Source: Vicugna vicugna (lineage: Eukaryota). From it: 64,000 bases of DNA. The notes beneath the pieces were generated by a model. That model was not told where the DNA came from. It saw only the letters and a list, made by a program, of their open reading frames with translations, and did not search any database. This document shows, piece after piece, positions 1 through 12,332 of this stretch. Both the position numbers and the translations under genes were made by a program. The first letter of the stretch is position 1, and the number at the start of each line of letters is the position of its first letter. The stretch spans positions 192,264 to 256,263 of the forward strand of contig MU058716.1 in the NCBI GenBank assembly GCA_013265495.1, in the 5' to 3' direction.

Positions 1-3000
1 CGTCATGTGGCTCCTCACCTTTAACCTCTGAGCACTATTACCGTGTTACTCTACGCGGACTACAGAGTGCCCTTGGAGGAGGCTACGGTGCTCAGGGGTA
101 GGAACGCGCGAGGTGGCCCCAAGGCCAAAAACGGACAATGAAGAAGCAGCTTTTTGTTTGTGTGCAAGGTGGCAGGGTCAGTTCTAGGCTGAAAGCAATG
201 GGAGGCAACCAGGCGCAGAGGATGGACAGATGCTGGCTCAAGCTCAGACAGCAAATAAAGACGGGAGAAAGACTGAAGACAGCTGTCTAGACAGAGCACT
301 GTGATTACTCTGTTCCTGGGGCACGAACAGAATTCTCAAGAAGCCCCAGGAAGAGAAGAGGAGGGAGTCTCTCCTGAAGACTGCTGTGTGGGACACGAAA
401 CTCAGCTCACTTGAACTAAAGTGTGCATACTTCGGGTGGAAGGAGAAAAATCTTCCTCATAAGCATCAAACTCCAAGACTCCAATAAGTAAATCTCACAG
501 AAACAAGTCACAAGTACGAATTAACTCATTCTTTTATTGACTAAGTGTCCTGCCCTGTGGACCTGTCTAGACAATGGGGATACAGCAGGTAACAAGAGAA
601 GTCTGAGCTCCCAGATCAGAAGGAGACAGAAAACTGATGACGAGACAAATATGATTTGGGGTGGTGCTAAATTCTTAACAGAAAAATAAAGTAAGGTAAC
701 TGGCAAGGTGGTAGGGGGGAGGGTGGAAGGAAGCTAAATGAAGTACACCTGCTGTGGAAAGCTCCCCAGAGGAGAGAACATTTGCCCAAAAAGCCCAAAA
801 GAAAAGAGGGGAAGACAGCCTTGGGGAGATACATGAGTACCATCATCATCCAATGATCAAGTGGGCAGCTGCTCAAAAGCAGAGACATAAGATGGAGCAT
901 TTTATGCTTCATAGTTTATACCCTTTTGTGAGGCTTTAACAGTGCATGAAATGGACTCACAGCAGACCTACTTTACCTTCTTTTGCAGACCTCCTGAAGA
1001 ATAATCTCTTTCTACAGGGCGACTGGAACACAGGTTATGCCGATGCCACCACATTCACCGGAAACCCCACAACAGACAGTAGTCAGTCAGAAGAAATGAT
1101 AAATTAAGATGACGCAACTGACGGCCTGACTTGGCTTTCAATTTAAAAACTCTGGTAACGACAGTTATAACTGGGGAAAGCTCACAATGTGGTACCACGG
1201 CATTTGATCAACACCCAGTGGACTGGCTCCAGTCCGTCGCTAGGTTCCCTTATGACGGGGCTTATGGTGTCACAGAGCAGCTGCCCATGTCACAGAGCCA
1301 CTGAGCCTGTGTGTAAGACAGTTAATAAAGGATGAAAAATGTGAATTCACGGTATAGCAGATTTTACTATCAACTCTGCTGCCTATAGAACTCAGATCTA
1401 TAGATTACCTATTTTAATCTCAAGGACTACAATGAAAGCCCACTAACACTCTGCACGAGAAGGTGGAAAACTTGATTTCTGTGTATTAAGACAGGATTCC
1501 CAAAAGAGTCTGTTTCTTCTACGGAAAAAGGGTTTAAAGAATATTTCAAATATTGTTAAGGCTGAAAACAAGAAACTAATATTACAAATGTGAACATTTT
1601 CATCAAGATGCAAAATATTTCACTTTTTAAAAAGCTGTATTTAATTGTGCTAAGTAAAGACAAAATGAAAAATGTAGAATCAGTATCATTTTAGTGTCTT
1701 CAGTATTTGTCTTTCCCACTGAGTTTTTTTTAAACAGTGTGGCTAACAAATTGCAAAAAAATCAGTGGAGTTAAATTTTACCTACTTTTACCTTGCAAAT
1801 ATCAGCTGAAAGCACAGACAGAGCTAGCCACGTCAGACTGGTATTTACATGTCTGCTCTGTTAAAACCTAACGAGGACTGCAGTGGGGCCCTGAGTCCTC
1901 TCTGTGTGCAGGAGATAAACAAATTCTGTCTGAAACCTATGGTCTGAATTTAAAAAGAGAGAAGTGGTTATCTGTTTCTGGTATTGTAATTATAAATGGC
2001 CAAATATGATATCTCTTCAAGAAAATTCCCCTCCTGAAAGCAAAGCAAATACCAAAATCTAGTCATTCTTAATTCCATAGTCTATTTTGATAATACTTCC
2101 AATAGTACTGTGATGATCAGTGATGAGCAGTTAAAATTAAGAGTTCTTCATGCTTTCAAAGACAATGCCTTTAGCTAATTTTTCTCCCTGAAAAAGGGAG
2201 GAGGGTCACTAATATTAGCAGTTCACAAATTACTTTTACTTTATATCTCTTAAACCCTGAATTACCTCCAAGAATGAGTTACATTTCAAAGCAGTATATT
2301 TCATTGAATTAGTTGACTAAGTAACAATAAAGATTTAGCATTTACTGAGAAAAATTCAATGTTACTTTTCCCTCCCAACTTTAGTTAATTTTTAGTGTTA
2401 ATTCTAAGTGTATACAAACATGATGTTAAAAAAAATTAAATTAGGGCAATTAAAAATAACCAGGGGAAAGAATACATAAAATTAAGGAGCAATAGAAAGC
2501 CAACAGTAAAATGAAAATTTTTATTTCAAAATCTTAACAGGAACATTTTCTCTTTCAGTAAGAGCCCCTTAAGTCGGGAAATGAGCACACTGAGGTTAAA
2601 AAACAAGATTCAATTCACACTGTGCTTGAACTAGACGTACTTAGCCGACAGTAAATATACCAAGTCAACCTAACACGATGCAGAACTTATTTCATATGCA
2701 AATATGTTGCTGACCAAATACTGCTTGTTTTGTCTTCTGATAGCCATCCACACCTTTCCTGGTCCTACTCAGGACCAAGGAGACGGATTTTAGCCACAGC
2801 TGGCCAAAGCGACGAGGAATGCCACTCCAGTTTTCCACCAGTTTGAAACAGAAAACACGTGGGTCGTGCATGGAGACCCACATGGCTGAGTCATCGTGTT
2901 TCAGCCCCTCACTGCGTTCCCCCAGGTGCCCCCCTACAAACTGCTTGCGTTAGAGCAGAGAGGACGGGAAAGCAGGTGCGCGGTGTATAACCCCTGGACA

Positions 3001-6000
3001 GCGTTCCCCAGTGGCCGCCCATCTCCGTGTGTCCAAAATACTCGGTCCTCGGGAAGCTTAGGCTTCATATGAGAACTAGTCCCCAAGGCGTCCCTGGACC
3101 CTGAAGCCATGGAGCTCCCCTCCAGCTCTATGACCTCGATTCTGCTCCTCACACTCTCCTCCCCATCTCTGCCCAAACTGTGGGAACCGGTCATTTACAA
3201 AGCAGAGTCTGTCAGCCTTCAGAGTGAGGAGTCACCCTCAGGCCACCGGCTGTGCCGTTAGCTGCGAGACCTGGCGCTCGGGACAGCTTACCGTCTCCCA
3301 GGCTCCCTCGGGATGGCCTCGCGCACCCAGACCCTCCAGGCGGTGCTGCAAGTCCCCAAGAGACACAGAACGGAAGCACTCAGGGTGCCATCACTGCTGC
3401 TTTCAGACCAGACCTCGCGTTTGTGAGATAAATGGGGAGCCCATATTACGCCATGGAATTAAGCTCAATTTTATTAAGTACAGTCGTGACATTCAGCCAA
3501 ATAAGAAAAACTCCACAATCCTTTAAGAATAGCAAACCCAGCATGACAGGGTGTCTGAGATCCGTAGAGCCGCTTAAAGTACTTCAACAAAAAGAAAAAA
3601 GATGAATGAAGCAAGTGCTATGAAATCTTAATAATTATTAGATATCTACATATATGTCGGAGTATTATTCTACCCCTGCATATGTCTGAAGTCTTCCACC
3701 ACCAAAGAAGTAACTTCCCGCTACCCACCGAAGGATCATATTATTTCCAAAGGCTCTAAGTGTGCCTTTAAAAACTACTTGTATATATAGTAATTTTGCT
3801 TTTCACCATTTTGGCTTTTGGAAAGGGTTTCCTCCTGGCTTGGTTATTTAAAATAGACTCTCCACTTTATCACCAAGAATTTCCCGAGGTGGAGAGGGGG
3901 GCAGAATCTATTCTTATATATCAACATAAACAGACAAGATACCAGCTTAATTAAAAATAAATCAGCATAAAAAATAACTCAGGCAGAAAGAAAACCAAGT
4001 CACAACACTCAACCTCGATGACTGCCAACCCAGCTTCCAGCTCTGTGACGCTGTCACCACCATGACTTCTATTTACTTTTGGACACAGAGAGAAGGGTAA
4101 GGCTCCACTGGTGTCTGGGGAGTCATGAAACATAAACACTGAAAACTGAAAGCTCCACCTCTCCTGACGCACCTCTGCCTCCCTCAGTCAGTCACCACCG
4201 CCGCGTGGGGAGGCCAGGGGCATGCCCGATACTCAGACCTTCGGAACTGGGATGATTTTCAGAGTTAGCATGACCGGCAGCAGCCTCAGCAAGGCCAGGG
4301 TGTGCCAAACTAGCACCATCGAACGACCAGCTGCAAAGGAGCAAACCCACCACTTCTATTCCCACACTATTTAATAATTAGACCAGTAAAAAGGAAAATA
4401 AGTGTTACAAAACTGAATTTAAGTCTAAAACACCTGGAAATTCAGTCCTCGAGTTTAAACGCAGCAAGTGGAGAGTACATATGGTGACATCGGGAACTAC
4501 TCAGGAAAGCCCGTCAGTTTGAGCATCCATTACAGGCTTAATAAAGATTTCAGCTTCATTTCCTAGTCCTCCACCTACGTAATACTGCATAACATGATGA
4601 ATCCTCATAAATGAACAGCTTCAGGCATCACAAGAATCTAAATTAATAATTATGTTCAGAAAATTTTGACTGCTAAGAACTATGCCCTAACTCTTCACTA
4701 AACCATGATCCACGGAGGATTCGTAGTCTCGTGTCCACAGAGGATAACTCTTGTTGAACCAAAAGAATTAACAAATCAGCATACAGATTCCTTCTTAATC
4801 TCCTAACATTCCTAGTATGTGAAAGATAAAAACTGTAATTTATTTTTGATCAAATATTTAAAATATATAAATAAACAGAGACAATTTATTAGACAATAAA
4901 ATAATACAGCAAGTCCATAAACTTGCTATCCAGATTTAATGACTATCAACATTTGATACATTTGAGGTTTTTAAGGAAGCAAACATTATAAATGTAAACC
5001 ATAGCCTTCTTCTAGTTCTGAGATCAGCCTTCTCATAAACCTCTATCTCCCCTTCTATTTAACACTCCCAACTTTCCCACACCCCACGTCTCACTGCTGT
5101 TTCACAGACCCATCTTCCTCTATTACTTCACAGAAAAATTGCTTGAAGAATCTATACTTCCAATTTCCACTTCCTCTCCCTCTGATTTATTCTCTCTCCT
5201 ACTGAAACCTGGTTTCTGTTCACTGGACTCCTATTCAACTCGAAAACCTCATAAATCCAAGGTTATTTTACACACTTCATATTACTTGACCTCTCCAGCA
5301 ACTTCTTACTGAGGCTCCCACAGCTGGGGGCCTACAGGCCGCAGGCCCCCACTCTTAGATACTGAGGTCTACCGTTCTGACTGTGCAGGACCAGAGGTTG
5401 GGAGCGGGAGGACAGGGAGCCATTTCCTAAAGGGAGAGGGAAGATGTGCAGCAAAAGGGCTGAATGACAGTTACAAAATTATATAAAAGATAAATAGCTA
5501 TAAAATTATAGTTATGAAAGGCCAGGAATTATAGTTATAAAAACTCTAGAAGACCCCAAATTCACCAAAAATTATGTGTGCATTCTGTTTACACAGATAA
5601 AAAGACTAAAGGATAAATACCAAAATGCTAACAAAGCTTAAATTTCTGGATATGAAAAGTATAGATAGCTTTAATTTTCTTCTTTACAATAATATATATT
5701 CTGTCAATTTTCTACAATGAACGTGCATTTTTTTTTAACAAGAAAAAGGCTGCATTTAAAAAACAGAGCCAAGGCTTGAATGCCTGTCTTCCAGGGAAAG
5801 GCCCCCAGGGCAGGTGGGGGCGCCTTGGGAGAGAAGGGTCTCCCAGGAACCAGTCGGGTAGACAGGGCAGGAAGTCCCCCGGACCCCTGGCCCTCAGATC
5901 AGCCCTCAGCCCTTTCCGTTATTTCTTGAGATACTGCCTACTGCTCGTCCACATCACCACGCAGGGGCACTGACTTCCAGTCTAACCCCACCCGGCCGCT

Positions 6001-6825
6001 GGGTCTGAAGCACGATGAACCCTGGACGACATCTCAAGAACATTTAGAATTCAGGACAGACCTGGACCAGCTCAACCTCCCAGCCAGACAAGCGGGCCCT
6101 CAACACTACAGTTCCTGACCCCGTTCTCCGCCCCTGGGCCTCTGCGCACTCTTCCCAGGCCTGCAGCATGCTTCCTGATCCTTGTCCACCTGGCGGCCTC
6201 CACTCACCCTGTGTCCAGCCCGAAAGTAAAATCCTCTACAAACACTCCGGGCAACCACGCCTGTCACTGCTCCGTGACAGCTTCCAGCCTCTCACACTGC
6301 TGGAATCATCACTCCAACATCTCCGCCCCACTAAGCCCATTCGATACCTACAGCTGGGAAATGCATCTCCCCAGACCAGTGCCTCCGTACAGGAGGTACT
6401 CAGGAGGTATCTGATGAGCTAAATAGATGCGTTTGTTTTTAGCACCTATTTTATAGATATCCCAGAAATAAAGTTTAGGAGCTGAATAACAAATGCTAAC
6501 TCCTATTGGTTAACTAAAACGAAAGTAAAGATTAAACCAAATATATACTGGACAAATGATTTCTGCCATATTTATAGCAAAGAATATAAAACTGGATCCA
6601 TTTGGAATCACCGACCCTCTCAAATAATAATTTGAGGATTACAAACTAAGGAGGGGTTTTGTTTTCCTTCACGCAAAGTAATTCAAACACGTTATCTTCG
6701 CTACAAAGTCAAATCAGTAAGGTGGCTGAGAACCAGGAGACGGGAAACTCAAGGTCAAATGCAAAAAAACAGAACCCGCAAGGCCAGCTTTCCGGGGTGC
6801 CTCCTGCTGCCCACACTGGGTTTAC

Positions 6826-6943
6826 CTGGGCTAAAGTGGGGGCTGAATTTGGGCCAGTCTGCGCCTGCAGGTGAGCAGACTCACTCTCGGCCACAGAGCC
6901 CGGTACACCTCCGTCCTGCTGACAGTCAAGTGTTTCCATTTGT
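6826..6943 (-). CDS. CREM: CREM second coding exon (118 nt), encoding (R)QMETLDCQQDGGVPGSVAESESAHLQAQTGPNSAPTLAQ
   Basis: Minus-strand acceptor ttgtcttttcag| (AG at 6945-6944) and donor CAG|gtaaac (GT at 6825-6824). In frame with the 44-nt upstream coding exon. The peptide resembles the recalled CREM N-terminus RQMTMETVESQHDGSITASLTESKSAHVQTQTGQNSIPALAQ. Confidence 0.93.
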
Positions 6944-7199
6944 CTGAAAAGACAATAAAAAGGGAGAAGTATTAAGGCCCTATCTGAGATGGTTCTCTGC
7001 TTTCACCTGGCTTTCTGATATGCGTTTCTATCATCCAATTGTACCACTTTAGTTTTTTCAAGAAACAGATTTCGTGGCAGAATCATAACTCTCCAAACTG
7101 AAGGCCCCTTCCTCACTGGAGGGGAGCATTGCCAAGGGAGCCCCACCACGTTCTGTGGGAATGCGCTTATACATACACCAAAAATATGCAGGCCACTTT

Positions 7200-7438
7200 C
7201 TTCGTGGATTTTAAAATGCAGAATAGATAAACAAGATTATTCTGTATTGTACAGAGAAATATATACAAGATCTTGTGATAGCTCACAGCCAAAAAAAAAA
7301 GTGACAACGAATATATGTATGTTCATGTGTAAATGAAAAATTGTGCTCTACACTGGAATTTGACAAAACATTGTAAAATGTAAAATGACTATAACTCAAT
7401 AAAAACAAGTTTAAAAAATAAATAAATAAATAAATAAA
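7200..7438 (+). mobile_element. 5'-truncated L1 3' end with (AAAT)n tail
   Basis: L1 3'UTR motifs (gaaaaattgtgctctacactggaa...gactataactcaataaaa), A-rich tail, and CACTTT on both flanks as a possible target-site duplication (TSD). Confidence 0.8.
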
Positions 7439-7874
7439 CACTTTGGGAAACAGATGATGCTGAGGTCAGCTGAGGATGGGGTCACCTGAGGTGTGCAGGG
7501 AAGGATGAGGAGGATTCGCCAAACAGGGAAAGGAGGGCTGTGAGGGGAGGAAGTCACAGAGCAGCTGGCGGCAGAGGGCCTGGGGAGGCGTTGGGGAGCC
7601 TCAGGGACCTGATTGAGATCTGGTGGGCAGGAGGCAGAGCTGACTGGGATGAGGACAACCAGAAAGTCTGGATGGGACCGATTAAGAACTGCTTTTACTG
7701 CTCTAGAGAGGAGAGAATGTTTACCCCACTCAGGGGCCTCCTCCGCTCTAGGTCTCCAGCATCTACATCACGTAAAATTTCAGGGGCATCACACTCAGGA
7801 CACTGTCAGTCCCCCTCTGCCTGCTCCACTGGTTTCCTCCCACCAAGATTTAAATATGTTCATGTCTCTCCAAC

Positions 7875-7881
<7 letters not shown>

Positions 7882-7914
<33 letters not shown>
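7882..7914. repeat. (CA)n microsatellite
   Basis: Direct reading of the sequence. Confidence 0.97.
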
Positions 7915-7916
<2 letters not shown>

Positions 7917-8269
7917 GAACCAGGCGCACTTCTCTGGCTGTTCTCTTGACCCTCTCTTTCCTGTCACCTCTAAACTACCCTCAAGAACTGCCAACACTAC
8001 CTCCATTTCTTCATCTCCTACCTCATCCCAGAAAAACTCCAAACTGGCCTCTGCCTCACTACAGCTTCTCTAGTAAAGGTGATCAATCTGTCTCTGAATT
8101 CAACATTCATTTTAAGTCCTCTCATCTGAAGCCTCAGCAGTGCTCAAAACTGCTGACACACTCCTTCTTGGACTCTTAAAGTCATGGTGCTGACCTTCCA
8201 CTTTCATCCGACTCTGACAGTGTCTCCGGGAGCTCCTATGACAACTCCTGCCCCTACTCAGCGTTACCC

Positions 8270-8780
8270 GTCAACACTGCAGGTCCCGGGGCTCTGGTTA
8301 GCCCTCCTGCCCCGCTCTCAAGTCTCCCCTGGGTAATATCATCCATTTTCTCTGGATCCAAACAGCAGCTTTTAGCTTCAGGCTCTCAAATCTAGATCTC
8401 CAGCCCAGAGGTCTCTCTCAGATTCCAAAAGCATGTATCCAAATGCCCATTTAACTTCTCCAAACAGATGCCCTGCATGTACTTCAAACTCAACGGGGCC
8501 AAACAAACTCCTTTTCTTCCTCCACAAACACATTCCTTCTCTGAGTCTGTTTCAGGAAATGAGGCCCCACCACCCACCCACTTGCCCAAGTGGAACCCTG
8601 AGTGTCACCCCTGAAACCCTCTCCCCTTCATCCCTACAGGGTTATCAGCAGGTGGGATGACTCCACCTTCTAAAGAACAGTCTGCCACCACTCTCCCTGC
8701 TGCCAGTTATCTTTCTAAAACACAAATTTTTGCTCAGAACTCTTTGGGGGCTTCCTACTGCAGGACAAAACCCAAACTTC
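8270..8780 (+). mobile_element. L2 fragment (approximate bounds)
   Basis: L2-like motifs (tctccagcccagaggtctctctcagattcc, atgtacttcaaactcaac, tgcaggacaaaacccaaacttctt). Confidence 0.6.
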
Positions 8781-9689
8781 TTACAATAATCAGAACTATA
8801 ACTACCACTTGTTAAGCGCCTACCACATCGCAAATGCCTACTAGTTTTAATCCTTAACAACCTTGTAAGGGCAGTACAACTAGTCCTTCTCTTAGAGGTG
8901 AGGGAAAGGAGACACAGGGAAGTTAGGACTCTGATCTACCTCAGAGGTATTGAGGGGCAAAGCCAGGTTTAAAACAGAGGTCTTTCTCCAAAGTCCATAT
9001 TCTCAATTACCAACCCACACTGCCGTCCCACCTTTTTCACAATGTGACCCCGTTTTATCCTCAGCCTCGTGTCCCATCACTCTGTTCTTTCCACAACCTG
9101 CATCCCAGCCTCCTTATAAGCCATTTTTGGGTCAAATACACATCTTACTCCCCCAGTTCTGATCTGTTACATCTACTCTTCCCTCTTCTTGGAACGCCCT
9201 TCCCCCTCTTTGTGTGACAGGCAAATTCTTCCTAGTTCTTCAAGGCCTGGCTCAAGGACACCATCTTTCAAAAGTCTCTTCTAATAGCCTTGAGTGGAAT
9301 TAGCTGTAGTGAGCTTCCAAAGCGCCCTGTGCAGCCCGCATTACCACACTTGAGCATCATGCACGTCTGTCCCCAGAGATCCACCACCGGTGTGAGCAAC
9401 GGAGATTACATCTCAGATTTCAAGGTATTCCCAGTGCCTTGTACAGAATCTACCATCATCATTAACTAAGCCAATTAATCAACTACTCTGGAAGACTATG
9501 TAACTGTTAGATGTTACTAAAGTGATAAAAATAAGGTTCAGAGAGAACTTATGTGGCTTTTTACAGGGCACATAACAGCAGAACTGAGGGTGAACAAGAG
9601 GTGTTGTGACTGTGACCCCAGGGTCCCTTCCACAGCCAGTGCCCTGAGTAGTAGTCCAGTTTAGATAACATCTCACAAAAACGGTGTCC

Positions 9690-10001
9690 TTTTTTTTCTT
9701 TTTGTCTCTTAAAAATTGAAGTATAGTCAGTTTACACTGTTGTGTTAATTTCTGGTGAACAGCATTATGCTCCAGTCATACGTAAACATACATATATTCG
9801 TTTTCATATTCTTTTTTGTTAGAGGTTACTACAAAACACTGAATATAGTTCCCTGTGCTACACAGAAGATGCAGAAGAAACTTGTTGTGCATCTATTTTG
9901 TATATAGTAGTTAGTATCTGCAAATCTCGAACTCCCAATTTGGGCCTTCCCACCCCCTTTGCCCCTGGTAATCATAAGTCTGTTCTCTGTGTCTGTGAGT
10001 C
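9690..10001 (-). mobile_element. 5'-truncated L1 3' end
   Basis: T-rich tail followed by attgaagtatagtcagtttacac...gaatatagttccctgtgcta...tctgtgagtct. Degenerate flanking repeat aaaacggtgtcctttt / gaaacagtgtgctttt. Confidence 0.85.
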
Positions 10002-12098
10002 TCAGAAACAGTGTGCTTTTGAGTATATGCTGCAACTGCTGCCACGGTCTTCACTTAGGTACACTTTGCCTTTCACAGTAGGCTGGGGAGGCTCCAATTT
10101 TATCCCATTTTATTCTTCTGGAGTGCCTAGCATAGTGCTCAGTACATGTTATTCAATAAAAGTTGATACTAAATCACTTTGTTTGAAGGTAAAAATCATC
10201 CACAGAAGAGTAAGGTTTGGGTCAGCACTACCAATTTAAAATGTACACTCTGTTATTTCCAAACAAGCTTTTCCTGCTGATTTATAGCCAACTCTCTGCA
10301 GCACAACCTCCTACACCCACTAAAAGACAACCCCAGGGCAGGACTCGGGGCAGAAGGTTCAACTAACATTTAAACGCTCCACATGGGTCAAGTACTGTAC
10401 TGGGCACCTTCAAATACGACCTCATAGGAGATACAGGACCCAGACCTCAGCTGGAAATGATGTACATAAACACTAACGTCTGCAAATTGGCCTCAGCTAG
10501 TCCAGACATAGCTTATTAGATGCAGTGTATGAGAGAGATCCATTTCAATCCTGCAATGTTCACTACATTTGTCATGGCAAAAACTGAAGAAGTGTATCAT
10601 AGGATATTTCCCCCAAAGCTGACTTACTGTAACAAATTTTAAATATAATTATACTAATATTAATAATCTATAAATATATCATGTAATATTTTAATCTTAT
10701 ACAATAATCCAAATTAGAAAGAAAAAGACCAACTAGGAAATAAAAATCATAGAATATTTTAAAATAAAAACATATGAGATAAAACAATAAAAAACTAAAA
10801 CAAATTAAAAAGCCCATTAATCACTATAAACTAAGAGTAAACAAAATACTGGCAAATATTTGGTGCCATAATTCTAAAGAACAGATAAGGATTTGCTAAA
10901 ACGGGTATATTTAAACTTATAAATGATTAATAGTAGTTGCAATATTCTTTTCTTATCCAAGTTAAATATTTCTTCTGAAATCTTCTTTATATTATTAGCA
11001 AGCCATTTTCTTCTTCGATAGAAAAGTAAATGTTATCCCAATAATGTTTAATAAATGTTAATATAACTATTGTTTTAAAAGAACAGGATCCAAAAATTAG
11101 CACAAGTTCCAAGACTTCTAGGATGACCTACTTTTGGGGGATAGAACTGTGTTTGCTTACTCTGTTATTTTCTAGGCCTTTAATAGAACATCTACATCAT
11201 ATTGCAATAACGCCCCAAAACACTGAAGTACAACAGCACAGTATTGTCTGTACACTATTTGTGCAACATATTTTCAAGAAATGAATACAAAGGAATATAT
11301 TTGTAAAAATCGTATTTATGATTATAGAAATATTGAGGTAATCAATGACCAAAGTTACTTAGGCATACCTGTGTATCAAGAACACACAAGATATTTAAGG
11401 AGAAGGAAAAACGAGAAGAAAAAGGGAAAGCATTTAAAAGAAATATTATCACAGATACCCAGAAAAGTGTTCCTAAAAGACAGAAACAAAAAAGAGAAAA
11501 GGAACACAGGCCAAAAATATCTAAATGAAAAATAAGACAAAAATTCCTAATTATAATTAAACTGTACAATTAACAAATAACTTCTAAAATTTTAGTTGTA
11601 TCCAATTTGCAAAGACAAATTATACTGCAGAGCAACTATATTTACCATTGTAAAATGTTCTCACCTCTTTTAAAAATAGAATCCAGCTGCAAAAGGAAAG
11701 ATTATTAAAGCCATTTCTATTACCCATTTTTAAATAGTTTTACAAAAACTGTCATAGAAAATTCATTTTCTTTTTGAAGTTAGAGCCAACTGATAAACCG
11801 GAATGTCTCTAAAAGTAACTAAAAGAAAACATGAAAAATAACATTTGGATTTCCGTAAAACATTGGTAGAGACTTCCCTCTGTTTTACAATGTTGGGTAC
11901 AAGTGTAGACTACAGGCAAGAAAGAAAACTCTGCCCTCATCCTTGCACACGGTCTCCCCGCTGAGAAAGAGGTCAGCACTTCAGATGCTGAGCATGAAGG
12001 TCCTCCTGTGCACACACCGCCTAGTGCGGTACTCGGCAGAAGAGGAGGCCGGAACTGAGCGGCTGAGTAATGTGGATACACGTGATCCTATTATTATA

Positions 12099-12101
<3 letters not shown>

Positions 12102-12133
<32 letters not shown>
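12102..12133. repeat. (CA)n microsatellite
   Basis: Direct reading. Lies about 100 nt downstream of the CREM exon 2 donor. Confidence 0.97.
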
Positions 12134-12135
<2 letters not shown>

Positions 12136-12232
12136 TTATACATAGATACATACCATTCTTTTAACCATCATTTTAACCTTACGCTCTCTAAATTGAACTT
12201 TCAAAGGAAGAGGAAAACATATATCCACCTAC

Positions 12233-12276
12233 CTGAGATTTGTCTTAATATATTTTTTCCTGCCACATTTGCTCAT
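12233..12276 (-). CDS. CREM: CREM first coding segment (44 nt), MSKCGRKKYIKTNL(R)
   Basis: ATG at 12276-12274 and donor CAG|gtaggt (GT at 12232-12231). Matches the recalled CREM start MSKCARKKYIKTNPR. Confidence 0.95.
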
Positions 12277-12332
12277 TATTAAGACATCTGTAATCAGTGC
12301 TTTGCTCCTTCCCGTTTCCTTCTGTATTTAGC
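12277..12332 (-). other. CREM: CREM exon 2, 5' UTR part (56 nt)
   Basis: Acceptor attttactgcag| (AG at 12334-12333), continuous with the ATG at 12276. Confidence 0.85.

Noticed and set aside
6709..6939. 76-aa ORF as a standalone gene
   Set aside because: Only 6826-6943 is exonic CREM. The remainder runs into the intron past the GT donor.
10630..11600. AT-rich, Lys-rich ORF (11281-11535) and low-complexity region
   Set aside because: Compositional intronic sequence with no splice or homology support.
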